Assembly: GCF_009914755.1 (NCBI RefSeq)
Contig: NC_060925.1
DNA: 64,000 bases
Source of the DNA: the human T2T-CHM13v2.0 reference genome, Homo sapiens
Strand: one strand, 5' to 3'
Position 1 is the first letter of the stretch; every line of letters starts with the position of its first letter. Shown in pieces: positions 47,609-61,650 of this stretch. The notes beneath the pieces were generated by a model. The model ran no database searches. It was not told the origin of the DNA and saw nothing but the letters and a program-made list of their open reading frames with translations. The position numbers and the translations under genes were made by a program.

Positions 47609-48589
47609 CAATAAGTCTTCCCTTAACATCATTGATAGGTTCTTGGAAACTGTAACTTTAAGTGAAATGATATAAAATGAAACTGGTTTTACCATAGGAT
47701 AATTGATATAAACAAGAGTTAAGTTCCTAAGACATAGTTCTTGTCACAGAAGCATCACCAAACTTACAATAAAGACTTAAATACTTCTACTATTAAACAT
47801 TGAAATAAATGTGAGCTGTACTTGTATTTAAGAAAGATTGAGATATTTCACAGAGATGACCGAACATTTAAAAAAAATAAATAGCTACAAAGAGAACTAA
47901 GGAAATGAAAAAGGAGTGGGAATACTAACTCCAAGAAAAACAAAGCTTAGAAAAAAAGGAATGTAAGATAATTGTTTATGTAAGATAATTGTTTATCTTA
48001 CAATTGTTGGTGGATCAGTGAGCAACAGCAGTCGTGGTGGTGGGTTAAATCAAGGAATAGTTTGCAAAGCGAAAATTGTAAGAAGCACCTCCTACCACCA
48101 CACAGTTCCAGAACAATCACAAATCTGGCAGGCTTACTGAGTGCCTTGTTACCGTGTGTTTATTGTCAAGCATTTGTGTGATTGTTGTATACCTTACACA
48201 TTTTTATTTGGCAATAATTTGTATTCATTCATTCATTCATTCATTCGTTCATTCTCCAGCTGGCCTATTCAGTTCAGGTTGTAGGTGGCCAGAGGCTATT
48301 CTGGAGGCTCAGGACGCAAGGTGGGAAGCTACCCGGAGTAAGGTATACTCATACACACACCATTATTCTCCCAGACCGGATCAGTGCAGACACACCAGCT
48401 CACCTCATGTGCACATGTTTGGGATGTGAAAGGAAACTGGAGAACTTGGAGTAACCTCCTTACACAGGCATGAGGAGAATATGCAAACTTCACACAGATA
48501 GTGGCTCTGGCTGGGAATTGATTTTTTTTCTTCATGAACATTATAATCACACAATGTTGAACAAAATGACATTATTTGGGAACCTGCTG
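47609..48589. mobile_element. MER6-family TcMar-Tigger element
   Basis: Same terminal sequence as 7939 element; ends aacctgctg-TA. Confidence 0.75.
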
Positions 48590-49557
48590 TAATGTGCTTA
48601 TTCTGCAGTTTCTTGATTAGTCCACTGTAGACATTCTTTGTTATTTTTTAGTTATAGTACTTGAGGATTTAACTCTCTTCCCATACCCTTTCACCTGGTT
48701 TCTCTTCTCCTAGCCATACTCCCACTACAGTTATAACATAGATTTTGGTTAGTCACTATTCAGTGTTCACATTATGCCTCCATAATATTGTTTACTAATC
48801 ACATAATGTGCTATGATTACATTTCTTTTTTCCTATCCTTTGTATTTCTTAGAGTTAGTACTCCTTTCCCCTTTTTTCATTTCCTTAGTTCTGTTTTTAC
48901 CTATTTTTTTTTTTTCTAAATGTTCAGTTATATCTGTCAACTACCTAGCGGTAAGTTTTTCGTAATTATAAACATAGGAAAAATCTCTTTTTTTCTGGAG
49001 ATTTGCTCATTTCTGTTTTCTATTCACTCTCACCTTAACTGTTCTCCAGGCCTGGTGCAGAGTGGTCAGTTTGGAACTTCCTGATGCCACTTTCCTGTAT
49101 TTGATCTCCTATATTCTGAATCTTTTAGTTTATTCCTTTCTCTTGCTGGAGCATATTTTCTAGTGCCTTCCTATGAAAAAGATGCATAGATGGTAAATTT
49201 TTTGAATTCCTGCATGTCGACCAGCTTTATCTTTTAATTTATTGATAATTTAATTAGATACAGAATTCTAAAATGAAAATAATTTTCCCCTGAACTTTAG
49301 AAGCATTGTTCCACTCCCTTCTAGCATTTAGTGTTGTTGAGAAGTTTGATGTCATTCTGCATTATTTTACGCCAAATGAAATTTTTTTTTTCTCTGAGAG
49401 CTTTCAGGTTGGAATCCCAACTCCATCACCTAATTGCTGTGTACCTTTAGGTGCATTGCTGCACTTCTTTGTGCATCAGTTTTCTCATGGAATGAAAATA
49501 CTAATAGCCACCGTTCTCTGTAACATCATTATGAGGATTAAAGATTTAATAGACTAG

Positions 49558-49917
<360 letters not shown>

Positions 49918-50323
49918 TAATATTTTGAAGCTTCATTATGTGTCTTGGTTTGCATTCTTTGTCATTGATTGTCCTGCTTTCTTCCATTATGGGAAATGTC
50001 TTTGAAATTAAAAATAATCGTTTCCTCTGTTTTCTTTGTTCTTACCTTCTGGAACTCTTATTATACAGTTTGGACCTTCTGAATTGCTCCCTAGTTTTTC
50101 TCTTTTTTCCTTTTGTTTCTCATGGTCTTCATATTTTTGTACTGGAAGATTTCCTCTGCTTTACCTTCTACCTATTCTGTTGTTCTTAAATTTCAATTAG
50201 GATGCTTACATTTTTAGTTGTTATTGATATTTTTTCTATTCCTTTTTCATAGAATTCCTTTCTTTTTTTGGATGTATTTTCTCTTTTCCCCTAGAAAATT
50301 AATTATAGTAATTTTTATAGTAA

Positions 50324-50728
<405 letters not shown>

Positions 50729-52574
50729 TGTTTTTTCTTTTAATCATCTGGTTTTTCTTTATATGCTTTCCCCCAAATGACTAGTGACCTTCTCTCTGTT
50801 TATATTTAATAGTAAGGCACTAAAAAGCTGAGTAGAAGCTCTGTGTGTTTGAGCTTGGCTTTTTAGCTGTTAACTTTCATACTAGGATGATCATGTAATG
50901 AGCTTGCCTTTTTGTTGGGTGACCCTTACATGTTAGTAAGTGGTGGTCTTTTCTCTGGAGTTGTTTCGTTTTCTCAAAGAAAAGTTTTGCCGTCTCTTAA
51001 GAGCCTGTGGAATGAATATATGTTGTCTGCTCTAGCTCCAGGAGCAGGAAGTGAAGGATACTGAGGACCCTACGGTTTCCTATTTTTAGACTGACACTTA
51101 ATTATTCAGCTTCTGAAGTCATCACTGTGTCTGGTGTACTGGAGTTCATATCATTATCTATTCAGTTTTTCCAAAGAATAAATCTTTATTTTTGTGTATG
51201 GGGGATGGCTGGAGAGGGGGGTGAAGAAGGGTATTGGTTGCAAGGAGGGACCTGGGAATTGAGTTCATACAAGTTTTTATCAGTTTCCTTGTTTTTAGTT
51301 TTGGGTCTCACCTCTGCTTTCCATGACGTCTTTGGCCGTTCTGTACTGTTGCTCTCCAAGTTCTGCAAGATGAATTTGCTTACTTTTCATGGGTATCCCA
51401 ACACATCTCCTTCCTAACTCACAAACTTAGGTTGTATTTCCCCTGCTCTGCTGTGCTGTAAATGGCCTGATGTAGATTATTTTTTATTTTATCTCATACC
51501 CCCTTTTATTCTTATTTTTTTCATTTGTTCTCAATTTAATGATTATTAAATAATCATTTGGTAATTCAAGGATAAACATTACCTGTTCATTGTTAAACTT
51601 ATTACCTAGTAGCGCTGGTGTTTGAGGACAGGAAATCACAAATGAAAATGTACTAGGGAATGAATTATTTGATTATGGAATGCATATCAGCACAGGGGAA
51701 AAATTTACATGTGGCCAGTTGTCTTCTAGCTGCAAAACACAATTTATGTTATAGCCATTGAATCCCTGAGATCTTAGAAGTTATTCAGTCCAAAGCTAAC
51801 ATTTGTTGAGTCTTCACCTATGGTATATTATCTCATTTAACCAACCAAACCTTCTGAGATACGTACTTTTGTCTCCATTTTACAGATAAGGAATCTTACA
51901 TTTAGAAAGGTTTAGCAGTGTTGACAAAGGCCACAACTAATAAACGGTGGTACTGCGATTCACCTGAGACAGTAACTCAAGACTGTGTGCTCATAAGCAC
52001 TATGCTGTATAGTCTCCTATTTATACATCAGTCCATGTTCCAGACAGTTGAGTATCTAATCTTTATTTCAGGTTATAGTGAGCTAATGACTTTTCCTGGA
52101 AGTATTTTCAGTTTTCAGATAGACCCTTATTGTTAAAAAATTTCTTCTTTTGGTGAATCGAAATCAGCCTGTATGTAGTCTTATAGAGTAAGAGAATAGG
52201 TTTGCTCTGTAGTCTTATAGAATAAGATAATAGGGTTGTTTCCCCTTCTAGGACAGTTACTCCCATTTTCTCCAGTGGTACACAGTTTCCCATGCCCATC
52301 ACTATTTTGGTTAAGGTCTTTTTGAAATCACTTTAGTGTTTCAGGCTTATGTTCACCTAGAGGTCCTCCTTCTAGTTCTGTGTTTTCCACATGAAATCTG
52401 AGTGACTTTTTAAATTTCATAGATCTTTTTTACTTCCAGGATCTAATGATAGAAACTCTGCGTACTTTTGAAATCTTCAGCAGCTTATAGTTTATTTGGG
52501 GAGACATGAAATGGAGGTTAAAGATAAATGACTGTACAATTAAATGCCAGAAGACTAATATTATGATAGTTCAA

Positions 52575-52820
52575 TAATAATGATAAAGCCAACACATTAG
52601 ATGCCAGGCAATCCTCTAAGTACTTTACATATATTAGCTGATTTAATCTGCACAACAACTCTGTGAGATAGATACTATCATTACTGGCATTTTACAGCTA
52701 AGGAAAATGAGACAGGTATAGTAATTTGCCCAGGGTTACACAGTTAATAAGTATCAGCCAAGTTTTGAACTGATACTGTCCAACTCCACAGTGCATGTTT
52801 GTGATCCTTACATTATACTA
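52575..52820 (-). mobile_element. MIR
   Basis: acaacaactctgtgagatagatactat..cattttacag..aggaaaatgag..taatttgcccagggttacacag. Confidence 0.8.
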
Positions 52821-53263
52821 GACAAATGTATAGGACTTTGGAGAAGGGAATAATCACTGTAGAGTGAGATAGTTGTCAGTGGAACTTGGACTGGAACTTT
52901 ACTGATGGAGTTTGGTACAATCAGACAAGAAGTATGAAGGATGACTAGATGATAGAAACATCCTGAGCAGAACCACCAAGGTCAAATGTTGGGGGAAATC
53001 TATGGTAGGATGTTTATGAGGTAGTCTGTTTAAGGGAACAGTAAAACCCAAATCATGTGTTAATTTGGCTTACAGGGACCTGAGTGATCTGGCCCTTGTG
53101 TACCATCCTTACTGTTTTCCTCTACCTGCAAGCCACGCTGGCTTGCTTTCTGTTCTTTGAACATGCAAAGTTTGCTGGCATCCTAGGACCTTTACACTCT
53201 GATTTCCCTGCCTAGAGTGCTCTTCGCCCAGAACTTTTATGTCTGGCTCCTTATTGTCATTCA

Positions 53264-53799
53264 CAGGGGCCCCCAGCCCCTGGACCATGGACTCGTACCA
53301 GTCTGTGGCCTGTTAGGAACCAGGCTGCAAGCAGAAGGTGAGCGGCGGGTTAGCGAGCGAAGCTTCCTCTGTGTTTACAGCCATTCCCCATCACTACTCG
53401 CATTACCACCTGAGCTCTGCCTCCTGTCAGATCAGCGGTGGCATTAGAGTCTCATAAGAGTGTGAACCCTATTGTGAACTGCATATGCAAGGGATCTAGG
53501 TTGCATGCTCCTTATGAGAATCTAAGGCTTGATGATCTGTCACTGTCTCCCATCATCCCCAGATGGGACAGTCTAGTTGCAGGAAAACAAGCTCAGGGCT
53601 CCCATTGATTCTACATTATAGTGAGTTGTGTAATTATTTCATTATATATATTATATATTGCAATGTAATAATATAAATAAAGTACACAATAAATGTAATG
53701 CACTTCAATCATCCTGAATCCATCCCCACCCCCCCAGTCCGTGGAGAAATTGTCTTCCATGAAATCAGTCCCTTGTTCCTGAAAGGTTGGGGACTGCTG
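53264..53799. mobile_element. MER1A hAT-Charlie element
   Basis: TIRs cagggg.cccca / tggggactgctg; 8-bp TSD GTCATTCA / GTTATTCA. Confidence 0.9.
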
Positions 53800-55233
53800 G
53801 TTATTCAGGTTGCAGCTTGGTCTTTTCTGACAACACATCTTAAAGAAACCTTCCAGTCCTTCCTTAGCACATGAGCCGGTTTTATTTTTATTGTGGTTCT
53901 CATCTCTGAATGGTGTACAAACACCATTGGTTATCTGTTCAATACTCATCCCTCTTTCTTTTTTGCTAAAGAATCCTGATTTTGTTTGCAGTGACAGTAC
54001 CCACCAAATACTCGCTTTTCTAGCCTCCTATTTCTTTAGAAATAGTTTGGTGTAAGTGAAATATAAGTGGGTGTGTGCTGGAAGTTTCTGGGAAGGCTTT
54101 TGCTCTCCTGCTGTAATGGGATGTAGATGCAGTGCTGTCCTCTTACATCTACCTGCCCCTTCCTTGAATTTAAACTAAACACTTGGGGTTTCAACAGTCC
54201 TATTTGATTCAGAGAGAAAGGCCAAGAGAATTGTAGAAGCTGTTCATCTGACATCAATTAATCAAAGTAGCAATGTCAGGCTGGTGAAAACAGTTCGTAT
54301 TATTTGACATTGTTGTTATTGTTTTCTATTATTTCTTTCTTTGTCACTTGCAACAAAATCATTCCTAATTAATGTAAATGTTGTTGCCATTGATAGTAGG
54401 AGGAAGAAATGGAAATTTTATGATCAATTTAAGTTGATGTTGCAGTCATGCCTCCACTGACTACTGTTGGAGGTGGTAGTGGTTACACCAGAACAAAACT
54501 ACCTATGCTTAGATCCTGACTGTGTCAGTTACTAGTTGTGTGACCTTATACGAGTCACCTAACCCCTCAATATTTCAGTTCTCCCATCTGCAAAAACATG
54601 GATGATAAGCCTAGCAGAGAAATTGTTGAGACAGATAGTAGGTAATATTAAGGAAGAGAATATAGAAGGAGTGAATGTAGACAGAAGATAAAGGAACAGT
54701 TGATTTTTATCTGCATTTTGGGATGTGGAAATAAGTAGAATCAATGAAGGAGGAGATAGAGAAGAAATCGTTCAGAAAATAGAAGGAAAAACAGGAAAGC
54801 AAAATATCTCAGAAATCAGGGAAATGGTATTTTAAGAAAGAAATACTCAGCAGTGTTGATTGCAGTAGAAATAATAGGAACTAATAACAGGCCTTTTTAT
54901 TTGAGGGCTAGAAGAAAGTATTTTTTTAAGAGAGTGTTTTAAGTACAGTGAGGGGTAAAAGTTGGATACAAGGATTTAAGATTGTGTAGTGAGGAAATAG
55001 GATAGTTAACATCACTTGCACACTTAGTTCGACTATATGAGCTCTTGTAACAAAAAACAGGAATATATTTTTCCATGTATACTCTTTTTTATATACAGTC
55101 ATACATTGCTTAATGATGGGGATACATTCTGATAAATGTGTTGTTAGGTGATTTCATTGTTGTGCGAACATAATTGAATGTACTTGCATAAACCTGGATT
55201 TGTGTAGCCTACTGCACACCTAGGCTGTGTGGA

Positions 55234-55487
55234 TGGGTTGAGTATCCCTAATCTGAAAATCTGAAATCCAAAATGCTTCAGAATTCAAAACATTTTGAGT
55301 GCTGATATGATACTAAAAGGAAATGCTGTTTGGGACATTTAGGATTTCAGATTTTGGATTTTTGGATTTTCAGCTTTGGGATGCTGAACCAGTAAGTATA
55401 TATAATGCAAATATTTCAAAATCTGAAAAAAATCCAAAATGGAAACACTTCCGTCCTAAGCATTTCAGGTAAGGAATATTCAAACTG
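55234..55487. mobile_element. Tigger4a-like MITE nested in Tigger3
   Basis: ggttgagtatccct ... ggaatattcaaactg-TA. Confidence 0.85.
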
Positions 55488-55857
55488 TATAGCCTGTTGC
55501 TCCTGGACTACAAATCTGTACAGCATGTTACTGTACTGAATACTAGAGGCAATTATAACACAATGGTAAGTATTTGTGTATCTAAATGTATCTAAACATA
55601 GAAAAGATATTATAAAAAGATGGTATAAAAAATAAAAAATGGTGTACCTGTGTAGGGAATTTACCATGAATGGCACCTGCAGGACTGGAGGTTGCTCTGG
55701 GTGAATTAGTGAGTCTGTGGTGAGTGAATGTGAAGGCCTAGGACACTACTGTACACTACAATAGACTTTATAAACACTGTACACTTAGGCTACACTAAAT
55801 TTATGAGAAAACATATTTCTTCAATAATAAATTAACCATATCTTTCTGTAACTTTTT

Positions 55858-56051
55858 TTTTTCTTTTGAGATGGAGTCTCGCTCTGTCGCCAGGCTGGAG
55901 TGCAGTGGTGCAATCTTGACTGACTGCAACCTCCGCCTCCCAGGTTCAAGCAATTCTCTGCCTCAGCCTCCTGAGTAGCTGGGATTACAGGCGCCCACCA
56001 CCACACCTGGCTAATTTTTGTATTTTTAGTAGAGATGGGGTTTCACCATCT
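55858..56051 (-). mobile_element. 5'-truncated AluS nested in Tigger3
   Basis: TSD CTGTAACTTTTT. Confidence 0.9.
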
Positions 56052-57400
56052 TACTGTAACTTTTTAACTTTATAAAGTTTTAAATTATTTTTAGCTTTTT
56101 GACTGTTTTATAAGCACTTAGTTTAAAACACAAACACATTGTACAGCTCTACAAAGATATTTTCTTTCTATTCTTATTCTATAAGATTTTTTCTATTTTT
56201 AAAATTTATTCTTTTCCTTTTAAACTTTTTTGTTAAAAATGAAAACACAAACATACACATTAGTTTAGGCCTACCCAGGGTCAGGATCATCAATACCACT
56301 ATCTTCTACCCCTACATCTTGTCCCACTAGAAGGTCTCCAGGGATGGTAACACACATGCAGCTGTCATCTCCTATGATAACAGTGCCTTCTTCTGCAGTG
56401 CCTCCTAAAGCACCTGCCTGAGGCTGTTCTACAGGTAATTTCTTTTTAAAAAAGTAAAATGAGTACACTCTAAAATAATAAAAAATTGTATAGTAAATAC
56501 TTAAACCACTAAGTCATTTATTATCAAATATTATGTACTGTACATAATTTTATCTGCCATACAATCAGTTTGTTTACACCAGCATCACTACAAACTTGTG
56601 AATAATGCATTGTGGAATGACATTATGACAGCTGTGACAACACTAGGTGATAGGAATTTTTCAGCTGCATTATTATCTTATAGGACCACTGTTGTATGTG
56701 GTCCTTGTTGACTGAAATGTTATTCTGTGGCACATGACTGTACTATTTACATAACTATATATTTTACATTTATACATATTACTGAACAGTGTTACATCCA
56801 CAAGATTATGCATATCACCCTTTAAACAATTTAAAGACTTGTTAAAGGTGATTTTTGACAGTGCTTGATTTTGCAGTATGGGCTGACTTTAGAGCTTAAC
56901 CCCTACATAGGGTATAGCTCTAGTGTGGTGAATATATGCTACATAGATATACACTGCCCTGTACTGGGGAATAATTTTACATATATGGTGGCAGGGACTA
57001 GTGGAAAAAGTTTTGGCTTGAGGAGAAGTGATCATCTCCTGGTTCTATTTCTGTCCTACCAACTACTAGCTTTATTATGGTATACATTGCTTAACTTCTG
57101 TCCTCCAGCTTTTTCCTTTGTAAATTCTGAAACCTGTCAACTCAGTACTTAGGAAAGGTGTGATAAAATATTTGATCTCCTGAAATGTATGCTTTGCCTT
57201 TTAGCTAATAAAGTAGCTTCAGTGTAGCTTTAGCTGTGTTATTACAGTAGTACAGAGTTTAGAATTGCCTGTTCTAAAGTTGTTGAGCAAACCACTGAAT
57301 TCCCTTTTAAAAAACAACTATGAGATGGTGAATTCAGTTACCTTAAATTTTTTTTAAATAATAGTTTTCTCCTACTATGTAATAGAAGAATTACATGTTA

Positions 57401-57715
<315 letters not shown>

Positions 57716-57729
57716 GCTTGGAAAATAGA

Positions 57730-57758
<29 letters not shown>
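57730..57758. repeat. (AC)n microsatellite
   Basis: About 14 AC units. Confidence 0.95.
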
Positions 57759-57761
<3 letters not shown>

Positions 57762-59577
57762 AGACACAAACACATGAGAAAAATCACTGTTTCATTCAGA
57801 GGTAACTTAATGTTTTGTTATCTTTCAGTCTTTTCAAAATATATATTTGAAATTATTTTAACATAATTGAAACTAAATTTTATAGCTTTATATCTTTTTT
57901 AAGGATTATGTAATAAACATTTTCCAAGTTATCAAATAATTTAGATTAACTTTTATTTTGTATAGTATCTCCATGTCACATAGATAGCCTAAATTGTATT
58001 TTTTCATTTGGATATTATACCATCCATTATGGAAGGACTTTTAAGGTTTTGACAATGTAGCCATTCTTGTAATATAAAAAAGAACACTAACCTTTTCACA
58101 TTTTAAACTTTTCAGAATCAAATTATGATTAAAGCTGCTATTATAAACATCCATGTGCAGGATTTTATGTGGACATAAATTTTCAACTCATTTGGGTAAA
58201 CCTTTAATATATTGTTAATTTGATACTCTTTAAATACTTAAATAAACTCAGCAAAGTTTGGAAAATAATTCTCCAAGCCTGAATCAATAAATATTGTGCA
58301 TAAGGAGACCTTATACTGCAAAAAGATTTGCAAAAAGTAGATGCATTTTTAAATTAAAGGGTAGCAGTTTCCTTTCTGACTTTTTTTTTCACCTGGGACA
58401 CAGATTTGAATCTTAACTTTGATGAGCAACTTAGTCCTATATTAATAAACCCGAATAACTCCTTTCTTAATCTTGAAAGAAAGGATGAAGAGATGATAAT
58501 GTTAACTCTGCTGTGTTGATCTGAAAATGATATGTGGATACTTGCCCGTTAGATACTGGACTTTTACAAGTGACATTAAATGAATATAAAAATGACAACA
58601 GTTTTTGGACTATATTCCAGCTATTGGCTGGAGGTGAAAGATGATTAATCAGATGCCAATACTCTCTGCCTCTTATTTTTCATTTTACACATTTTTGGTC
58701 TTCTCTCTTCTCTTTTTTGTAGTATATAAATAAAATAAATTTCAGCAATGTATAAATAAGCACAATATGAACTATAGGATCTGATTTTCATCATGTCTAG
58801 TTTTGTTAATATTGATTGTTTTTTAATGGTTCATTTCCATTCAATTAAAAATATATTTTATATAGTTGTCTCATTGAAATATTTTTAATTTTATATCATA
58901 TGCTAGGCCTACCTATCTGGCCATGTTTCAAGAGAATCTATAAATGTAATATGTAAGAAATTGATGATCCTTCAGTTGAATGTTGACATTTGAGATAATG
59001 CAGTTTTGCCTCTGAAATTATCTTTTAAAAACAAATTGCATTTAACTGACAATAATTATGTTGTATATAAATACTGTATTCTTTTTAGCATTCTCTGTAA
59101 ATTGCATAGTAACTTTTCGGAATTCCTGTGGCCCTGCTTACCTATTGAAAATTTCTTTTTGTCAAAACATCCTTTACTCAAAATGTTTAATTCATTTTTT
59201 AATGAAAATCATTAAAAGTTTTGAATAGAACTTGTTTAACAGAAATATTTAAAATTGTTTATATTATACTTGTGAATCTCAAATTGATGGGCTATAAAGG
59301 TTGTGAATATCCTCACAAAATTCTAGGTATTGCTTTTTTTTGTATGTAATGTAACTTTAGAAGATAATATGTAAAATGTGGATTATTACTATGTGTGAGA
59401 AGGTCATTTTTCATGTTGACTAGATTATTGTAGAAATAGTTTATTTAAAATATTTTTTAAAAGGGAATCTTTGAAAAGACCAAAGTTATTTTTTAAAAAT
59501 AACTTCATATTATTGCTTTTGATCTTCTTAACAGTTCTCTGAGGTAGAAAAATTGGATTTCTTTTGCTCTGTTTTTG

Positions 59578-59612
59578 TACACTTGATCTTAGCCAAAAAG
59601 CCGAGCAGTGAT
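59578..59612 (-). pseudogene. 3'-truncated U2 snRNA retrocopy (U2 nt 1-35)
   Basis: Reverse complement ATCACTGCTCGGCTTTTTGGCTAAGATCAAGTGTA vs U2 ATCGCTTCTCGGCCTTTTGGCTAAGATCAAGTGTA, 32/35. Confidence 0.92.
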
Positions 59613-60122
59613 TACCCTGTTTTATAGATGTTATTCAGGTAGAGTGATGTGTCCAAGGTCACATCAAGGTTAGTTACAAAACAGAGATTAGAATGGACCT
59701 TCTGACTCAGTTTACTGCCTAGATTACCAAACAGTCTTCTACAATATTTTATCATAGTCAGTGATACCATTTTGTTTCATTGTCTATTACTACCTAAAGA
59801 AGATAAATTACAACCTAACTCTCTAGTATTTCTTCAGACTAATGTGACCAGAAAACTTACTTTGGGGAAGTGGGAGGTGAGAGTGAGCATATACTTTGAT
59901 GATTTAATCCCAATGAAGGAGCATGCATTTACCTATAAATAAACAATACAATGCTAATCATTTTTTGTCTTTTAGCCAGAACAGGCAAAGGAGTAGCACT
60001 GGGTGAATGTAAATGAAAGAAGCTAACAGGAGAGGTTCAGGGCTAAAACAGTAGATTTGTCGTGTGGTCTTAGTGTGCACTATTGCATCCAATAAGGAAT
60101 TCTTCTATACTTTCTGTTACAG

Positions 60123-60290
60123 ATGCTGAAATTTTCTTCTAAGGAGAAATATCCCTTATTTACTTTTGTAAATGGTCATTCCAGAGACTATGATTTTACA
60201 TCTACTACAACCAATGAAGAAGACCTTTTTTCAGAGGATGAAAAGAAACAATTAAAAAGATTTAGCACGGAAGAGTTTGTCTTGCTTTAA
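60123..60290 (+). CDS. ATG4C: ATG4C last coding exon (MLKFSSKEKYPLF...STEEFVLL-stop), C-terminal LIR FVLL
   Basis: tttctgttacAG acceptor; 168 nt to TAA; exon lengths sum to 1377 nt (458 aa) assuming 76 coding nt in exon 2. Confidence 0.98.
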   Translation: MLKFSSKEKYPLFTFVNGHSRDYDFTSTTTNEEDLFSEDEKKQLKRFSTEEFVLL

Positions 60291-61650
60291 AGATTAGCAC
60301 ATTTGTGCTTGATAAGAAGAATTCCATTGAAAGGGGAAAAATGAAGAGAAACAAGTATATCTGAAATGTTTATTTTCACAAATATCTTAATTTTATATGT
60401 TCTTTAAAAAAGAACATTTGAAAATATAACAGTTAAAGATATTTTTCTAAAAGAGAAATGATTTAATGAATCTTGCTTTCTAATAAATAAATTGAGTGAT
60501 TCTGGTTGCATTCCTATTTCCCTAAGATCTACTAGTGATAATTCTACCTTAACTGTAAGCCTTTTAGTCTTCAAAGTCTTCCACCTGAGCCCATTGTTCT
60601 CATGGAGGTTTTGTGATATTAACCCTCCCCCAAAGACTGGGATCACCAAATAGTTTCAAAATTCTCAGTTTGTACTGAAGACCAGAAGATCAGAGAAGGA
60701 AACTTTAATGCTGTCTAGCCTCCTGCTATTAATGCAATCAAAGAATACTTTTGCATATGTCTTGATAATTAAATAGTATTTGTTAACTGTGATATGCATA
60801 CACTTATATAAGCAGAATTATGAGTTAAAGTAATACTTAGCAATATGATTTTATAATGGCTCCTCATTATGCTTGCTGTTGAACCTTTTATGAGGAGTGA
60901 ATATAAAGTATTGGTTTTCCCTCACAAATTTAAAGATTATGTTATTAATACTATTATAACTGCATCAATCAAGTCAGATAAAGGCAACTATAAAATAGTA
61001 GTAGTGTTTGTTTCCTATCTCAAGGGCGAAATTTTATGGGAACTCAATTTATTATGCAGTTTTTAAGTTTAAAATACCAAGAAAGATGTCACTAGATTCT
61101 CTTCTATGTGATTTTTGTTTTTTATATAAAGCAGTGTAGTGGTGTTTAGAAGCTGAGGCCACCTGTAAGGCAAATCTGCCTTAAGTGTATTATGTGTTAC
61201 TTAAAGGCAAATTTGTGATCTAAAAGTACAAGAGTGATTTTTGAGCTAGGATTATAAAATACATAATAAAGATGTGAGAAGATAAAATGCTTTTGTTTTG
61301 GTTTTAATGTTGGGATTATTTTAATCCTTTCATTTGAAAAATCAGTGTCTCAAATGAATTCTGTTCATTTATAATAAATGCATATATTGCTCTGAAAACA
61401 ATATTAATTTTTTTAAGTGGAGCTTTCATGTTTCAGTGTAGAAACGTGACTTATAAAGACATAAAATTGTGTATCATCTAAAGTCATTGATCTCTTCCAT
61501 CAGAAAACCTGTTTGTTTAGAGTTGCATGTAAAGCTGAAAGAGAGGGTGGGCGGATTGTTTTAGTATACCTGATGAGAAAAATCAGGTTTGACATTTCTC
61601 AGTGAAGATTACTTACTGAGTTGAAATAAATAGTCTGAAATCTAAAAGTT
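60291..61650 (+). other. ATG4C: ATG4C 3' UTR (distal end approximate)
   Basis: AT-rich, repeat-free sequence after the stop; AATAAA at 60482/60486, 61265, 61373, 61625. Confidence 0.7.

Larger units (their letters stand above)
55096..56740. mobile_element. Tigger3 (Golem) non-autonomous element
   Basis: TIRs CAGTCAT / ATGACTG, TA TSD; hosts two nested inserts. Confidence 0.88.
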
